Of a stretch of DNA of 64,000 nt, positions 36,163 through 47,679 are shown one piece after another. The notes beneath the pieces are model-generated. The model made no database searches. It was not told the DNA's origin and worked only from the letters and a program-made list of their open reading frames with translations. The position numbers and the translations under genes were made by a program. This DNA comes from Podarcis filfolensis. Lineage: Eukaryota. The first letter of the stretch is position 1; every line of letters starts with the position of its first letter. The DNA is taken from the NCBI GenBank assembly GCA_964270895.1, contig OZ185439.1, one strand, 5' to 3'.

Positions 36163-36858
36163 GTAAGTGCACCCAGCAGATAGCAATTTGCTGTTTTGAT
36201 TGAGGAGTATAAAATGCTATCCATTGCTGACATTTAACTTAAAAATATAAAGCAAGAGAAATTTAACTCTAGCTCAGCAGCCAGTACTAGAGATGGCAGC
36301 AGGCAGTCTGGTACATGAGTGAATTAGCAGAAGCTTTAGTCAGATGGTTAGGGTATAGCATTTCTATTCTTACGCACTGAAACTGGAATGGAAATGGGGG
36401 CAAATAGGAAGGAGGTGTTACCATACATGGCATTTGGATATCCATGTTTTTGAGCAGATACAAGTAAATTATTTGGCACTGATGACCACATCAGAAATTT
36501 TGCCACAGTCAAGCAAACAAAAACATTGTTGATGCCTGCAACCTTCTGGGGCCATACCTACCCTATGTGCTTCAAGTTGACCAGTTGGTTGTAGATGCTA
36601 TGATCTTTCCTTTGTCCTTAATATTCCTTCCTTCTTATTTGGGGCTGGGGATAACTAGAGCAGGGTGCTATATGTGAAGTGCAATAAATAAATGTTAAGT
36701 GCTGCAATAAATTGGGGTGGACAACTACATTTGTATAAAGTAAAAGTTACCTTCTATCAATGCATATGGGGTATGTGTAGATTTTTGCTAGGTGTCTAGT
36801 GGGTTTGGAAGTCCCGGGGGGGGGGGGAGCGTGGAATACCCTGCAGGGACCCAGCTTT

Positions 36859-37200
36859 TTTTTCTTTTAAAAATAATTTTCATTAAAGATTTCTTATATT
36901 ACAAAAATACATTTTTTCAAGTTGTGTTTTCTACAGATCAGTTACATTTGTTGTGATACATTAGTGTTGCATGCAGTATTAGACTGGGAAGAAAAGAGGG
37001 GGAGGGGGGAATGGTGTGTGGGGTGGGGTGGCGATGCTTCTATTATTCTACTTAGTGTATGTGTGCGGTTTTGTGTCAGCGTCACTTGTGTGAGTTCTCT
37101 TTCTATTCGCTTGTTATGCTTCCTTGGTGGTAAGAGAGGTTGGTTGTCTTTGGTTGGCTGTAGTGAGATTTGTTTATGTGTGTGAGGGGGTGGGTTTTTG
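36859..37200 (-). mobile_element. 5'-truncated retroposed fragment, probably an L1-type 3' UTR
   Basis: 14-bp TSD agggacccagcttt (36845-36858 and 37201-37214). The T-rich left end corresponds to a poly(A) tail on the minus strand. Confidence 0.75.
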
Positions 37201-37346
37201 AGGGACCCAGCTTTCTAATATAAATATGTCTTTGTTTATCATTCTGGGTATCCAAAGTTGCTGGGTAGTAAGGGCGGGGGAAGTGACCCATTATTTTACA
37301 CTCATTTACTGCAGCGCATCTTTTCCTCTTACCTTTTTTTTTGTAG

Positions 37347-37422
37347 AACGAATGAGGCTATCCTTTTGGCTCTTTATGAAGCTGTTCACTTGAACCGAAA
37401 CTTCATCACTGTGTTGGCACAG
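37347..37422 (+). CDS. ARMH3: ARMH3 exon 13
   Basis: ttgtag|[26 protein letters not shown]|gtggga. Confidence 0.95.
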
Positions 37423-37691
37423 GTGGGATGAAATTCCTTTTTCTGCACCTGAGGATTGGAATGCAAACTAAAATAGCTTCAGCATGCTGGAGATAGCTGT
37501 GCCAATGGACCTTGGAGCTCTTCTTGCCTTTTGTCAGATGTGGTGTTCTGCCACAATGGTTCACTTGGTGGTCCGCCACAAGAAGCAGGCTTTCTGGTGG
37601 AACGCTCTGTCGCAAGAGACAAGGGCCCTGCAGGACTTGACATCTTTCCGCAGGGCCTGCAAGACAGAGCTGTTCCACCAGGCCTTTGGTC

Positions 37692-37848
37692 CAGTGGCGT
37701 AGTGTGGGTTGTCAGCACCCGGGGCAAGGCAAGTAATTTGAGCCCCCTAACCCGTGGATTTGCGCCCCCTAACCCATGGATTTGCCCTAACCCCAGATGT
37801 TGCGCCCGGTGCGGCCGGCCCCCCCTGCACCCCCACGCTACGCCACTG
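37692..37848. mobile_element. 157-bp hAT-type MITE nested in the L2 fragment
   Basis: TIRs cagtggcgtagtgtgg / ccacgctacgccactg; perfect 8-bp TSD ctttggtc (37684-37691 and 37849-37856). Confidence 0.88.
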
Positions 37849-38027
37849 CTTTGGTCAGGGCGCAGCCTGACTCCCTCCTCTGGCAATCTTTACAAAACTT
37901 TAGTTTATGGTTGCCATCAATTTGTATTTTAATTAATTTTTATAATGTTTTTATAATGTTGCACTGTTTTAGTGTTGTTAGCTGCCCTGAGCCCAGCTTC
38001 GGCTGGGGAGGGCGGGATATAAATAAA

Positions 38028-38030
<3 letters not shown>

Positions 38031-38078
<48 letters not shown>
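38031..38078. repeat. (TAT)n microsatellite (LINE tail)
   Basis: Perfect trinucleotide run. Confidence 0.97.
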
Positions 38079-38079
<1 letters not shown>

Positions 38080-40120
38080 TCTTCTGAATTTGATGGCTTA
38101 GGGAACAAATGTACAGTGCTTATTTGTTTCTTTCTGTTACCGCCCCCCCCCAAATCTGAGTACTGTATGGACTCTGAGCCCTGAGGGTGAGATTCAGACT
38201 AGTTTGTTACTGAAATGGTCCTGAAGCAAGATGTGATAGGTCCCTGGCGACTACCAAGTGAGGAAGGATGCTTCAAGCTAGGTTAAAACTGGAGGATTTT
38301 TTGTGCAGTATTTGCATACCAATTGGCTCTTCTTTTATCCTAGTCTTCCCCAGATTAAGTGTACATTGGTGGGAATCAACACTCTGCAGGCAAGGATAGC
38401 TAGTCCTGAAACAAGAAAGCTTTACCTCAGTTGCGCCTGGGAAGGCAGAAATTGCTTTGGTCCCCTAGATTTAAGGGTATTAAATTGTTCTGACCATCAA
38501 CTACAGTCAAAACCTGCTCTATACTTTTTTCCTACTCATAAGGTCTTTTGAATGTTGCTTTCAATCTCTGGCCATTCTTTTTTATTTAATCTACCAGTAG
38601 TAAAAAGCCTTCTGCCCTCACCTGATTTAAAGGTTACTGGCATGGCTGTGGCATTTCCAGTCATCACTGCTCCTTGGTTTGGCTCTTGTAATATTCTCTA
38701 GAGCTGCATATGTTTTGGCTTTCTTCTGCATGTTGGCTCGTGAAAAGCTGAATTTTAATTTTTCTGCTTGTGCAGTTCTTGCAGGATTGGCTTCTGTTCT
38801 GGAGTGCAGTACATGTAGTGGTATTTTATTAAGTTTGCATCAATTGGGTGGGTGGGTGTATGTTAGCATACAGAACAGGGCTACTTTTCATGTGTGTTTG
38901 CTGGTATTGGGACCACAGCTAAAACTTGTGTAATTCATATGGGTTTAAGTTGTTTTGCTCATATTGTATATGTGCACAGGCTAGAGACTATAGAGCAGAG
39001 CTAAACAGGGAGGGTATATGTTGGTTTAGTAGATTTTTGGTCGAGCTATTGGGGAGTTGTTGTACCATGCACAAAATTGCATTAATAGATGTGTTTAGGA
39101 AATGAGGTGCCAATGTGCTGCTGCTAGGTGGTGCTGTTATCCCTTAGCTGGCTCAGGAGTTATAAAACCTTATTATAGCAGCATGCAGTCGTTTTATTGC
39201 ATGGAAATAGAGTTGCTTGCCTGTAATATTTTCAGTGGACGGTATGTTTCAAAGCTTGCCCTAGAGATGGCTTTCTGAAATTGGGTCTACAACCATTGGC
39301 GATGTGCTCTCTTACAAAATGGGCTGGTAAAAGCCCATTAATAAACCACACTTTCTAGATCTCTGCCATGGCAGACCCCTATGTGAACTTCCATGAAACA
39401 TTGTGCAGTTAAAAGCAGATTGGTAGTTCTAGAACACATTTCAAATCATTGCTCTGCTTGTTGCCGAGAGAACATTTGAAGATGCGTTGATACGAAAGGC
39501 GTACTCTGAAACAGACTTCATTGCTTCACTGTTGGATATGAAATAGAATAGTATGAAACCTTGCCTGCCTGTTCCCGTGAATGCCAGTGATACAAATGGA
39601 ACCCTATGGAGAATAAAGTTAAATCAGAAATTAGATTGGGGGGGAGGGGGCTGCTGGCTGAGATGAAATGCAGAGAAGAACTAGTAGAAGGCAGGGGAAA
39701 TCTGTAACTACATTATTATTTATGTAGCCCTGTCCTCTGGAAGCACCTGGGTTAAGCAGCTGGGTGGCAACATGATGCATTGACTTGCTCTTTAAGGAGA
39801 AATACATTAAGATAGGAACTATAAGGACAGGAGGAAAATGCTGCTTCAGCAGCAACTCTGTATTTTGGAGGGTGTGAGAAAGAGAACGCCCCCCAAATGG
39901 TGCGGTCAATTCAATTGTTGCAAAATAGTGAAAGGCTGAATGGGGCACTTTCCAGGTTTTTCTATTACAAACACCAACTCACAGATTTCTGTAGGGATTG
40001 TAGGTCTCATCAGGTTTATCAACAATGCTGAGCTTGGAATGAGGGTGCAGCAAACAAATCTTACGTAGTACGGTATGGGCCACGTGGAACAGAACTGATC
40101 TACATGTGTTTGGTTCCTAG

Positions 40121-40217
40121 AGTCATCCTGAAATTGGTTTGGTGACAATGCCAGTAAGCCCAACGACCCCGACAACTCCAGTCACTCCTCTTGGGACCAC
40201 ACCACCTTCTTCTGACG
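40121..40217 (+). CDS. ARMH3: ARMH3 exon 14 (S/T-P-rich linker)
   Basis: tcctag|[33 protein letters not shown]|gtgagc (phase 1). Confidence 0.95.
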
Positions 40218-41989
40218 GTGAGCTCTTCTGCATATGCTCCAGTTGCCTGCATCTTGATGTGTTTATACCCTGGGAAACATAGCAATTGTCCTCACTTTGT
40301 CCAGAGAAAACTTAAGCTTTTGTAGTTCAAAGCCAAGGTTTTCAATGCATCTGAAACCCCACCAAGTGTAAGAATGAATCACAGCATGATGGCTTCATGT
40401 GGCTGGATCATAAACTGACCCCAAATGAGATTTCCCCTGGATCTGTTTTTATGATGTGGGAAATCTTGGTAAACAAGAGGACAATACACAGTTGCATGGG
40501 CAAAGTTGTGGGTAGTTATCCTGGGGAAAATAGCATCAATTGTCTATACTGGACCTCACGGTTTCCCTGTGTATGTGTGTGTGCTGACTTCTTTATGCGT
40601 CACAGATGGTTTAATGGCAGAATGTGAAGGGCTTGAATAGAGCTCTGTTTGTAGGCATCTCTGGGTGAGAGCAGTGTGTGTTACCCTCTTGTCGCTGCTA
40701 TTCAGGTCACTCCGATATCCTAGCAGAAGAGCATTCTTCCCTGGGAGGATAAATTCTTCTTGGTTGCCATGGATATCAAAAGCCTCCGTTTAAAAAAAAT
40801 CATGTCTTCTACCTCTGCATATGTATTCCATATGATGCTGAGGGTTGGGAGCTGCTTAGGCTTTCTTTCAAATTGTTCACTGCAAATGTATCCGCCCACA
40901 CACTTTTTTTTAAATATACAGCAGGCAGAATTTGTGCTTACCTTCATCTCTCTCTGTCTTTCACAGACGGCTGCAGACAGGCATAGTGAGCGCCGCCTTC
41001 CTACTGCTGGGAGGTTGATTAACAATAGTAGAGTAATTTTAATTTTGACCTGCATCACTACCGTTAAAGGTCTTTCTCACTGTTGCTTTTTATTTCTCCT
41101 TTGTCCTTTTAGTAATCATGAGCATGAGTTTGCTTTGCTCCCAAGATTTCTAGCTCATTCTTTTTAAAAAAAAATTTTAAGCATGCCAGGATTACTCCAC
41201 CTCCTCAGGCCTTGCAATTTAGTAATAATTGACTCACAATTGGCAGTATACTACTTCAAAGTGGAAGGTCACTTTTCCTTTTGGTTTGCCTCAAAAGGAT
41301 TTTGTTAAGCCCCCCAGCCCATGTCGTTCTGGGTTCTTTACCAGCAACTGGAGTTTGCAAACAGGCTTATAGTCCGAAACCACTTCCTCTGCATCTTGCT
41401 TGTGACATGGACTAAATACCATTTTCAATTTTTTTAATAAATTAAAAACCCACGCTTTCTTTCATGAAAGGGTCAAGGCTGCAGGGGTTGAGCTATGATA
41501 AATAGTAACTTTCTACACAGTGATTTAAAAAGAAAAGAGAAGAAAAGAAAATGACCTACCTTTTCCTGCTTTTGCGTGAACTGTGTCTAAGGTGACTGTC
41601 ACCATGGTTATCCTAAGTGCTGATTTTGCTGGCTGCTGTTAAATATTCATTCCCGGTGTGCATCATAGCATCTCCAGAAGGATCCATTATAGTTGTTGAA
41701 TACATATTAGTTAAATCACTGAGTGGATTAGTGCTACTATGGGGAGGTTGTATAGTTCTGATGGTAGAGGGAACAGCTGAGCTGAGGGCCCTGTTAGCAG
41801 TGAGCTGAGAACAGCTTTCTTGCCTGTTAAATGTGGGGGAATGACCTACTGGACAAGTTACATAACTGGGCTGACCTCTCTGAAACTGTCATATTCTCAT
41901 GATTTCTCTTTGGGTGTCCCAGAAGTGAAGGCAGCAAGACATGTGTTGGGCTAGCAATACATATTGCTTGGCCATTATGTTACAAGGCT

Positions 41990-42105
41990 TTGATGGGGAA
42001 CTTATGGATGTCCAAATATTGTTGGACTCCCATCATTTTTAACTGTGCTGGCTGGGACTGATGGGGAGTTCAATATCTGCTGGGGCCACAAGTCCTCCAT
42101 CCCTC
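41990..42105. mobile_element. Degenerate hAT-type MITE, family of 21425-21558
   Basis: gatggggaactt..ggactcccatcat..ctgatggggagt..ggccacaagtcctccatccct. Confidence 0.5.
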
Positions 42106-43259
42106 TTTGAAGGGCTTAAGTGTTCTTGTTTTTGTTTAAATCCAGCAGTGCTAGAAATGCCTCCACTCCAGAAAAGGCACATAAGACTTTGCTGTACTGG
42201 TGATCATTAAATGGAAGGGAAAGGCTAATGGACATCCAAGCCTTGCAATGCTGTTAATGACCAAAGAAATGCACATCCTTCCTGGAAGCAGCAGAGATGT
42301 GGGGGGAGGAAGCTGCTGTATTGAGCTTGAACTGAAGCTTGACATCAGGGTTCTTGTCCCATACTTAGATGGCAACCTTTTGAGCAGTAGTGGAAAAGTA
42401 TGTACGGATATTGCAAGGAAGAGAATGGAGAAGCATGCAAATCCCAGAGAACAGAGTCAGTCCTTCTCTTTTTCTTGTTCCTTCTCCTTCCCTCAGTGAT
42501 TTGGCCCTTTCTCTCTCCCCCGCTTCCTCTCAAAGGGAGCTGAACAGTTGATGCGGATCCCAATCCCTCCCCCCTCCCCCCATCAAAAGGAGCCGTGCAG
42601 CCGATCTCGCCTGCCTCCCTTCCCCCCTGTCAAAGGGAGTTGCGCAGCTGATGCAGATCCTAATTGTGCCTGTCCCCCCCCCCAATTGTCAGAGCGACCC
42701 AGCGCCAGGGCCGCCACTGCAGCCAGGCCAGGCGGCAAGCGAGCAGGCAAGGAATGTTGCCTCCCCCTGCCCCCATAAGCAGGCCATGGCGGCGGGACCC
42801 AGTGCTTGGGGGGGGTGGCGACATTCCTTGCCAATTTTATTTATTCCCGCGATTCACCAGGATCACTCCCGTGATCTACTGGTCAGTCGCGGTCAACAGG
42901 TTGCACATGTCTGACCTACAACAACTGGAGAGCTACAAGTGTGAGTTAGGGCCATGCCTGCAGAATAGGATATTAAGTAGGATGGCAAAAGTACTAATGT
43001 GCTTTTATTGGAGTATTTCCTGTGGCGTTGGTTGTGGATGGTCTTACCTCATTGCGGAAGTGGGGAGTTGAACCAATGAACGTTATTTTTTATTGACATC
43101 AGGACTGGTAGTGGCACTGCCTGGGACTATAGAAAGTTATGAACAGAAATACCTGTAAGACTGGATGTTTCCATAACAGAGGCATCCTCTTTACCTCCAC
43201 TGGGAGAGCTTTCGAAACTTTGTGCTGGTGATTAGCAAATCTTATCTGACCTTTCCTAG

Positions 43260-43361
43260 TTATAAGCACCGTGGAGCTGCCTCTGGATGCCGACGTGCAG
43301 ACCAGCAACCTGCTGATAACTTTCTTAAAGTACAGCTCCATTGTAATGCAGGACACCAAAG
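43260..43361 (+). CDS. ARMH3: ARMH3 exon 15
   Basis: tcctag|[36 protein letters not shown]|gtaagc. Confidence 0.95.
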
Positions 43362-45653
43362 GTAAGCATTTGTGTTGACACAGCTTTACATTTCAGAAAT
43401 TTGCTGGAGGGTGGGGGGGAAAGGGGATGTTGCTAGTTGGTCTGTATACAAAAATCTACCTGGACTCCCCGTGGAGATGAAAGTGGTTCACGCTGAGAGA
43501 ATGAGCTGGTTTCTCATTGCCAGATGGCAATTACTGGATACTAGGGAGCCCTGGTGCTGAAGGGAGGGAAACCAAATATAGAATAAGAAAAACTGTAGTT
43601 CATAACCGCCGGAGGAGTCTCAGCATGCCCTCCCTATGAGGCAAAACGCATCCAATTTTCAGCTATATCAAGGGAGGCGGCAGAGGCTTCAATGCATAGA
43701 GTATGGCATTTCTAAGAGTGCCCAAGAGGAGCAGTGCAAAACAGAGCTCTGGATGGACCTCTCTGTATCATATTTCCTGACTGGCAAAGGTAGCTTGATG
43801 TGGGCTGGTGAAGGAAGGCTCTGCTGAGTGGGCAAGAAGCTTTGACTTTCTTCATAAAGTGGGTGATAATTGGGTCGTGCATGGATTTAGGTAGTCTGCC
43901 TACATCATGGTTTCATAAATCACAGTGCCTTGTACGTTGGCATGTTTTCTTACCTCTGTATTTTAACCTTTTGCAGGCCATTTGTATCACAAGTTAGGAA
44001 TTTCTGGCATTAGCCTACTACATTTTGCTTAGCGTCCCATTTTTGGCAACATGCAAAAATAATCTCCTGAAGAGTTTAAGAGAGAATTGTAGCTCTTCCT
44101 TACCTCCCACCCTTGACTAGAGTCATTTGGTCCCTTTTAAATTTCCATTACAGTTTATGTAGCTAAGTGTGAAGACATTAAGCAGCACAATGCAACTTTT
44201 TGTTATAATTCCTTTGTAACATCCTGCAACAGCAATTTTAGCTGGGCCTGGGTTCTTTTAAATTCAACAAAATGTATCTTCTGAGGAGACAATTAAATTG
44301 ACTCCCCCCTTTAAAAATATTTGAGATTACTTTGTAATTCTTTCTCTGTTCAGTTTTTTAAGCAGAGCGTAACTAGTGTTCTAGGTTAATCTTTCTAACA
44401 TGTAGATGGCTGAAGAATTGAATGCTGTCCGTTAAGGATATTAATTGTTAGCTCCCCTCTACCAATGCTCAGTCTAGTTAACATTTTATGAATTAATTCC
44501 CCTAGTTGTTACTCTCATTTGGGGTTATCTGTTAATGTTTCCTGGTTCTGGCTTTTCCTTGGCTTGAGATAGAGGGGAAGAAAGCTCCAGTCAGGTAGCC
44601 GCTGCCTGCATAGAAATGGCATGGTAGCAGAACCTCCCTCTCCCTGTCACCTCATCTATTACCTAGGACCAAAGTCGGTATCCATATCGGGGTAGCTGTG
44701 TCATTTTTATAATGTGCTTATGGCTTATAAGGAGGAGTGAGATGTGCTTATACTAAAGTACTGTTCTGTGCAGCTGCAGATCCATACCCAATGATGTGCT
44801 GTTGAACATATTGCATCACTTGCAGTATGAGTAATCTAAAGAGCAAATGCTCAGTATAGAAAAGTAATGCCTGGCATGTAATCCCAAAGGACACACGACT
44901 GTGGCCTCTATGTCTTGCAGTGAAAAGATAACAAGGCTCCAGAGTACTGGAGCTCTCTTTTTAAATTGGTAACACACCTGGCCTCAAGGGATGACAATGT
45001 TTAAATGTACTTGTGTGCCATTGTCCTTTACATGTACCCACAGAACTGGTTTGGATGTCATGAAAAGCCATGCTTTATTGTGATGGGAACGAGTTTCAGC
45101 AAGTTTTGGGCTCGCATGTGCTCTCTTCCCCTCCTCTTGTGCCATGGCTGCAAAGAGGAGATTAGAAGCTTTTTCTTCCATTTCGATCAATCATAGCTTG
45201 TTGTTTCACCTGGATGTGAAAACTGGTTCATCTTAAATAAATATGTATTAAAAACAAGCCAGCTTCATAACCATGGGTTATAAGCCACCTTGTTTGAACA
45301 ATTCTTATTTGAGATTAATCACAGTTTTAGATTTGGACATAATGCAGCTTGCAGTTTATCAATAACTTCCAATTTCCTCATTATGGTTGCATCAGAGAAA
45401 GACGTAGGATGTGATCTGATAGCTTCCTTTGGCTTGTTCCTGTCATGATAAACAATGGCTTATTGTGATGTCCAAAGCTGCCCACAGTTTTGAGGCTTTC
45501 ACGTTTATCTTTTTTAAAATGACTCTGTGTCCCTAGTGAGCAGAGTTAACAATTGGATCCATGTCAAGGCTGCCCACCACTCTTCAAGGCTCTTCATTGT
45601 TAGCCAGAAAATCCATCTCATTGTACAAGGCTTTACAAGGCCAAAAGAGGATG

Positions 45654-45857
45654 ATAAGAGCTCTACTAGATCAGAATGAAGGCCCATCTTGTCTACCAAG
45701 TGGCCAACCAGATGCCGATGGGAAGCCAGCAAATAGGACTTGAGTGCAACAGCACTTTCCCTGCCTATGATTCCCAGCATCTGGTATACAGAGGCATATT
45801 ACCTGTGACTGTGAAGGTAGACTACAGCTGTCATGTCTAGCAGCCTTTAGTAGCCCT
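45654..45857 (-). mobile_element. Old CR1-like 3' fragment
   Basis: Degenerate reverse complement of the CR1-like terminus at 61881-62142. Confidence 0.6.
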
Positions 45858-45920
45858 AAATTCCAGTGCTATTTTGCTAGAAAAAAGGTTCCAGAACTAG
45901 GCATGATGATAGGGAAGAGA

Positions 45921-45978
45921 AGAATGATGGGAGTTGTAGTCCAACAACATCTGGAGGGCCACAGGTTACCCCACCTTA
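45921..45978. mobile_element. hAT-type MITE half
   Basis: gatgggagttgtagtccaacaacatctggagggccacaggttacccca matches the MITE family at 21425. Confidence 0.55.
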
Positions 45979-46296
45979 ACGATAGGCTCTGGGACAAGAA
46001 CTATTTTTGTACTAATAGTAAGTCTAGTGGCTGTGTTACATAGACACAGTGGAAAAGATTAACATCAAAGATGTAAAGAGAGACTATGAAACCAGGATTA
46101 ATAGCACAAGCTTTATTACAGATCTTTGGAGGTCTTACAGTTTCTTGTCTAGGGTAACAACTTTGAGCGCAGAGCTGAAATGCTACTGATGCCTCACCTC
46201 TTGCTCTGCTTTTTCTGCTTCCTGATTCACCTACTGACCCTTTGGCACATCAAGGTATAAGTGGCTCATGTGGGACCTGCTGTTTTTCATTTGCAG

Positions 46297-46355
46297 ATGA
46301 ACACCGGCTCCACAGTGGCAAGCTCTGTCTGATTATCTTGACCTGCATAGCAGAG
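46297..46355 (+). CDS. ARMH3: ARMH3 exon 16
   Basis: ttgcag|[21 protein letters not shown]|gtaagc. Confidence 0.95.
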
Positions 46356-46951
46356 GTAAGCCCCGCTGCTGGTGTCCTGTATCTCATTTACATATGCATT
46401 AGCCTCTAGCCTGTGACCTGGCGCTAAGCCTGCATTCCTAGCCCTCCTTTCTTTAGGAAGTCGAATGATAACTAATGCGGTATTTATAGTTAACCATGTG
46501 CTGATGGTCAGCTTCCCAAACAAATCATTCCCTTTTGTACATTACTTTTATTCTGATGCTGAACGTTTGGAGCAGTAAACATGAGAGATCACGTGTGTGT
46601 GTGTGTACACTTATGTGTGTATGTGTATATACTTTTGCAGAAGGCATTTGACACAGGTCAACTAGGAAGTGATACATGATTACATATTGGTGCTTTCCAG
46701 TCTCCTAGAGGAGTCCCATTTTTCTATTGGAAAAAGTATATTTGTTAAAGTGCCAGCTAATAGTTGGGGTTCTGTTTTGTTTAGCATTAGAGCAAGACCC
46801 TTCTGCCCTACAGCAGCTCATTCTGCATCAATGCTACCCAGAATCTTGGTTTTTAAAGTTTCAAGAGACCATGAATTCCTATTATTTCCGTTTCATTATT
46901 ATTTTAAAGTGGTATTTCAGGAGGCCATGAATTCTTATTATTTCCATTTCA

Positions 46952-46953
<2 letters not shown>

Positions 46954-47010
<57 letters not shown>
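46954..47010. repeat. (ATT)19 microsatellite
   Basis: Perfect run. Confidence 0.97.
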
Positions 47011-47012
<2 letters not shown>

Positions 47013-47613
47013 AAAGCCTCAGCAATTAGCTGCTGTTGATATCACCTAAGCTTACTTGAGAGGAATGTAGGTAGCAGAAGACAGAGTTATTGCCTGCTTT
47101 CAACCAGGGTGTGTTAGACTGTGGAATTCAAGGAGAGCAAATTTGTTGCCATACTTGTGTTACATAGAACATGATTTGATTTAGAATTGAAGCTAAAATG
47201 AAAGCTGACTGAGGCTGCTGAGCCATCTTCCAGCAGCTCAAGCTGTAATAACTCCAGTGACAATGAGTCCATTGGAATGTCGCCATAAAGCTTTCTATAT
47301 ACATTATTGTAAAGAAGCTTCTTTGTGAATTCTGCAGAGTGCATTACAATTTTCCTGACACTTTCCTGCAAAGATGAACATCAGAAGGAAGCAACAAAAT
47401 GCATCCAGTTTTTTGTGGGGTTTTTGAGCTGGGCTAGTCATCCATATGGAGAATCTGCATAAAAGCATAATTTAAAAGCACACTTAAAAACATAATAAAA
47501 AGACTGATAATTACCAGTAGTTACCTGTATAATATTTACTTGGCAGTTTTGCAAGTGTTACCTTTCATGACTGTGCTACCTTTCATGACTAGTGTTTTTT
47601 CCTTCCTTAATAG

Positions 47614-47679
47614 GACCAGTATGCTAATGCTTTTCTGCATGATGACAACATGAATTTTCGAGTAAACCTCCACAGAATG
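47614..47679 (+). CDS. ARMH3: ARMH3 exon 17
   Basis: taatag|[22 protein letters not shown]|gtgagt. Confidence 0.95.

Larger units (their letters stand above)
37590..38078 (+). mobile_element. L2-like LINE 3' fragment with (TAT)n tail, interrupted by a MITE (5' boundary approximate)
   Basis: tggaacgctctg..catctttccgcagggcctgcaagacagagctgttccaccaggcctttggtc resembles an L2 ORF end. The 3' UTR ends gctgccctgagccc..gggcgggatataaataaa, followed by the tail. Confidence 0.7.

Noticed and set aside
37797-38153. ORFs with poly-Tyr or poly-Ile tracts (also 46669-47049, 57105-57386) and poly-CV (35722-35952)
   Set aside because: Translation artefacts of (TAT)n, (ATT)n and (GT)n microsatellites.
39362-39375. 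Perfect 14-bp palindrome tctgccatggcaga
   Set aside because: About four such palindromes are expected by chance in a window of this size.
40942-41006. Possible minus-strand exon (cccag|...ATGAAG|gtaagc)
   Set aside because: No other supporting antisense exons were found, and GTAAG donors occur many times by chance in 64 kb. The motif is also the complement of the plus-strand branch/pyrimidine tract.
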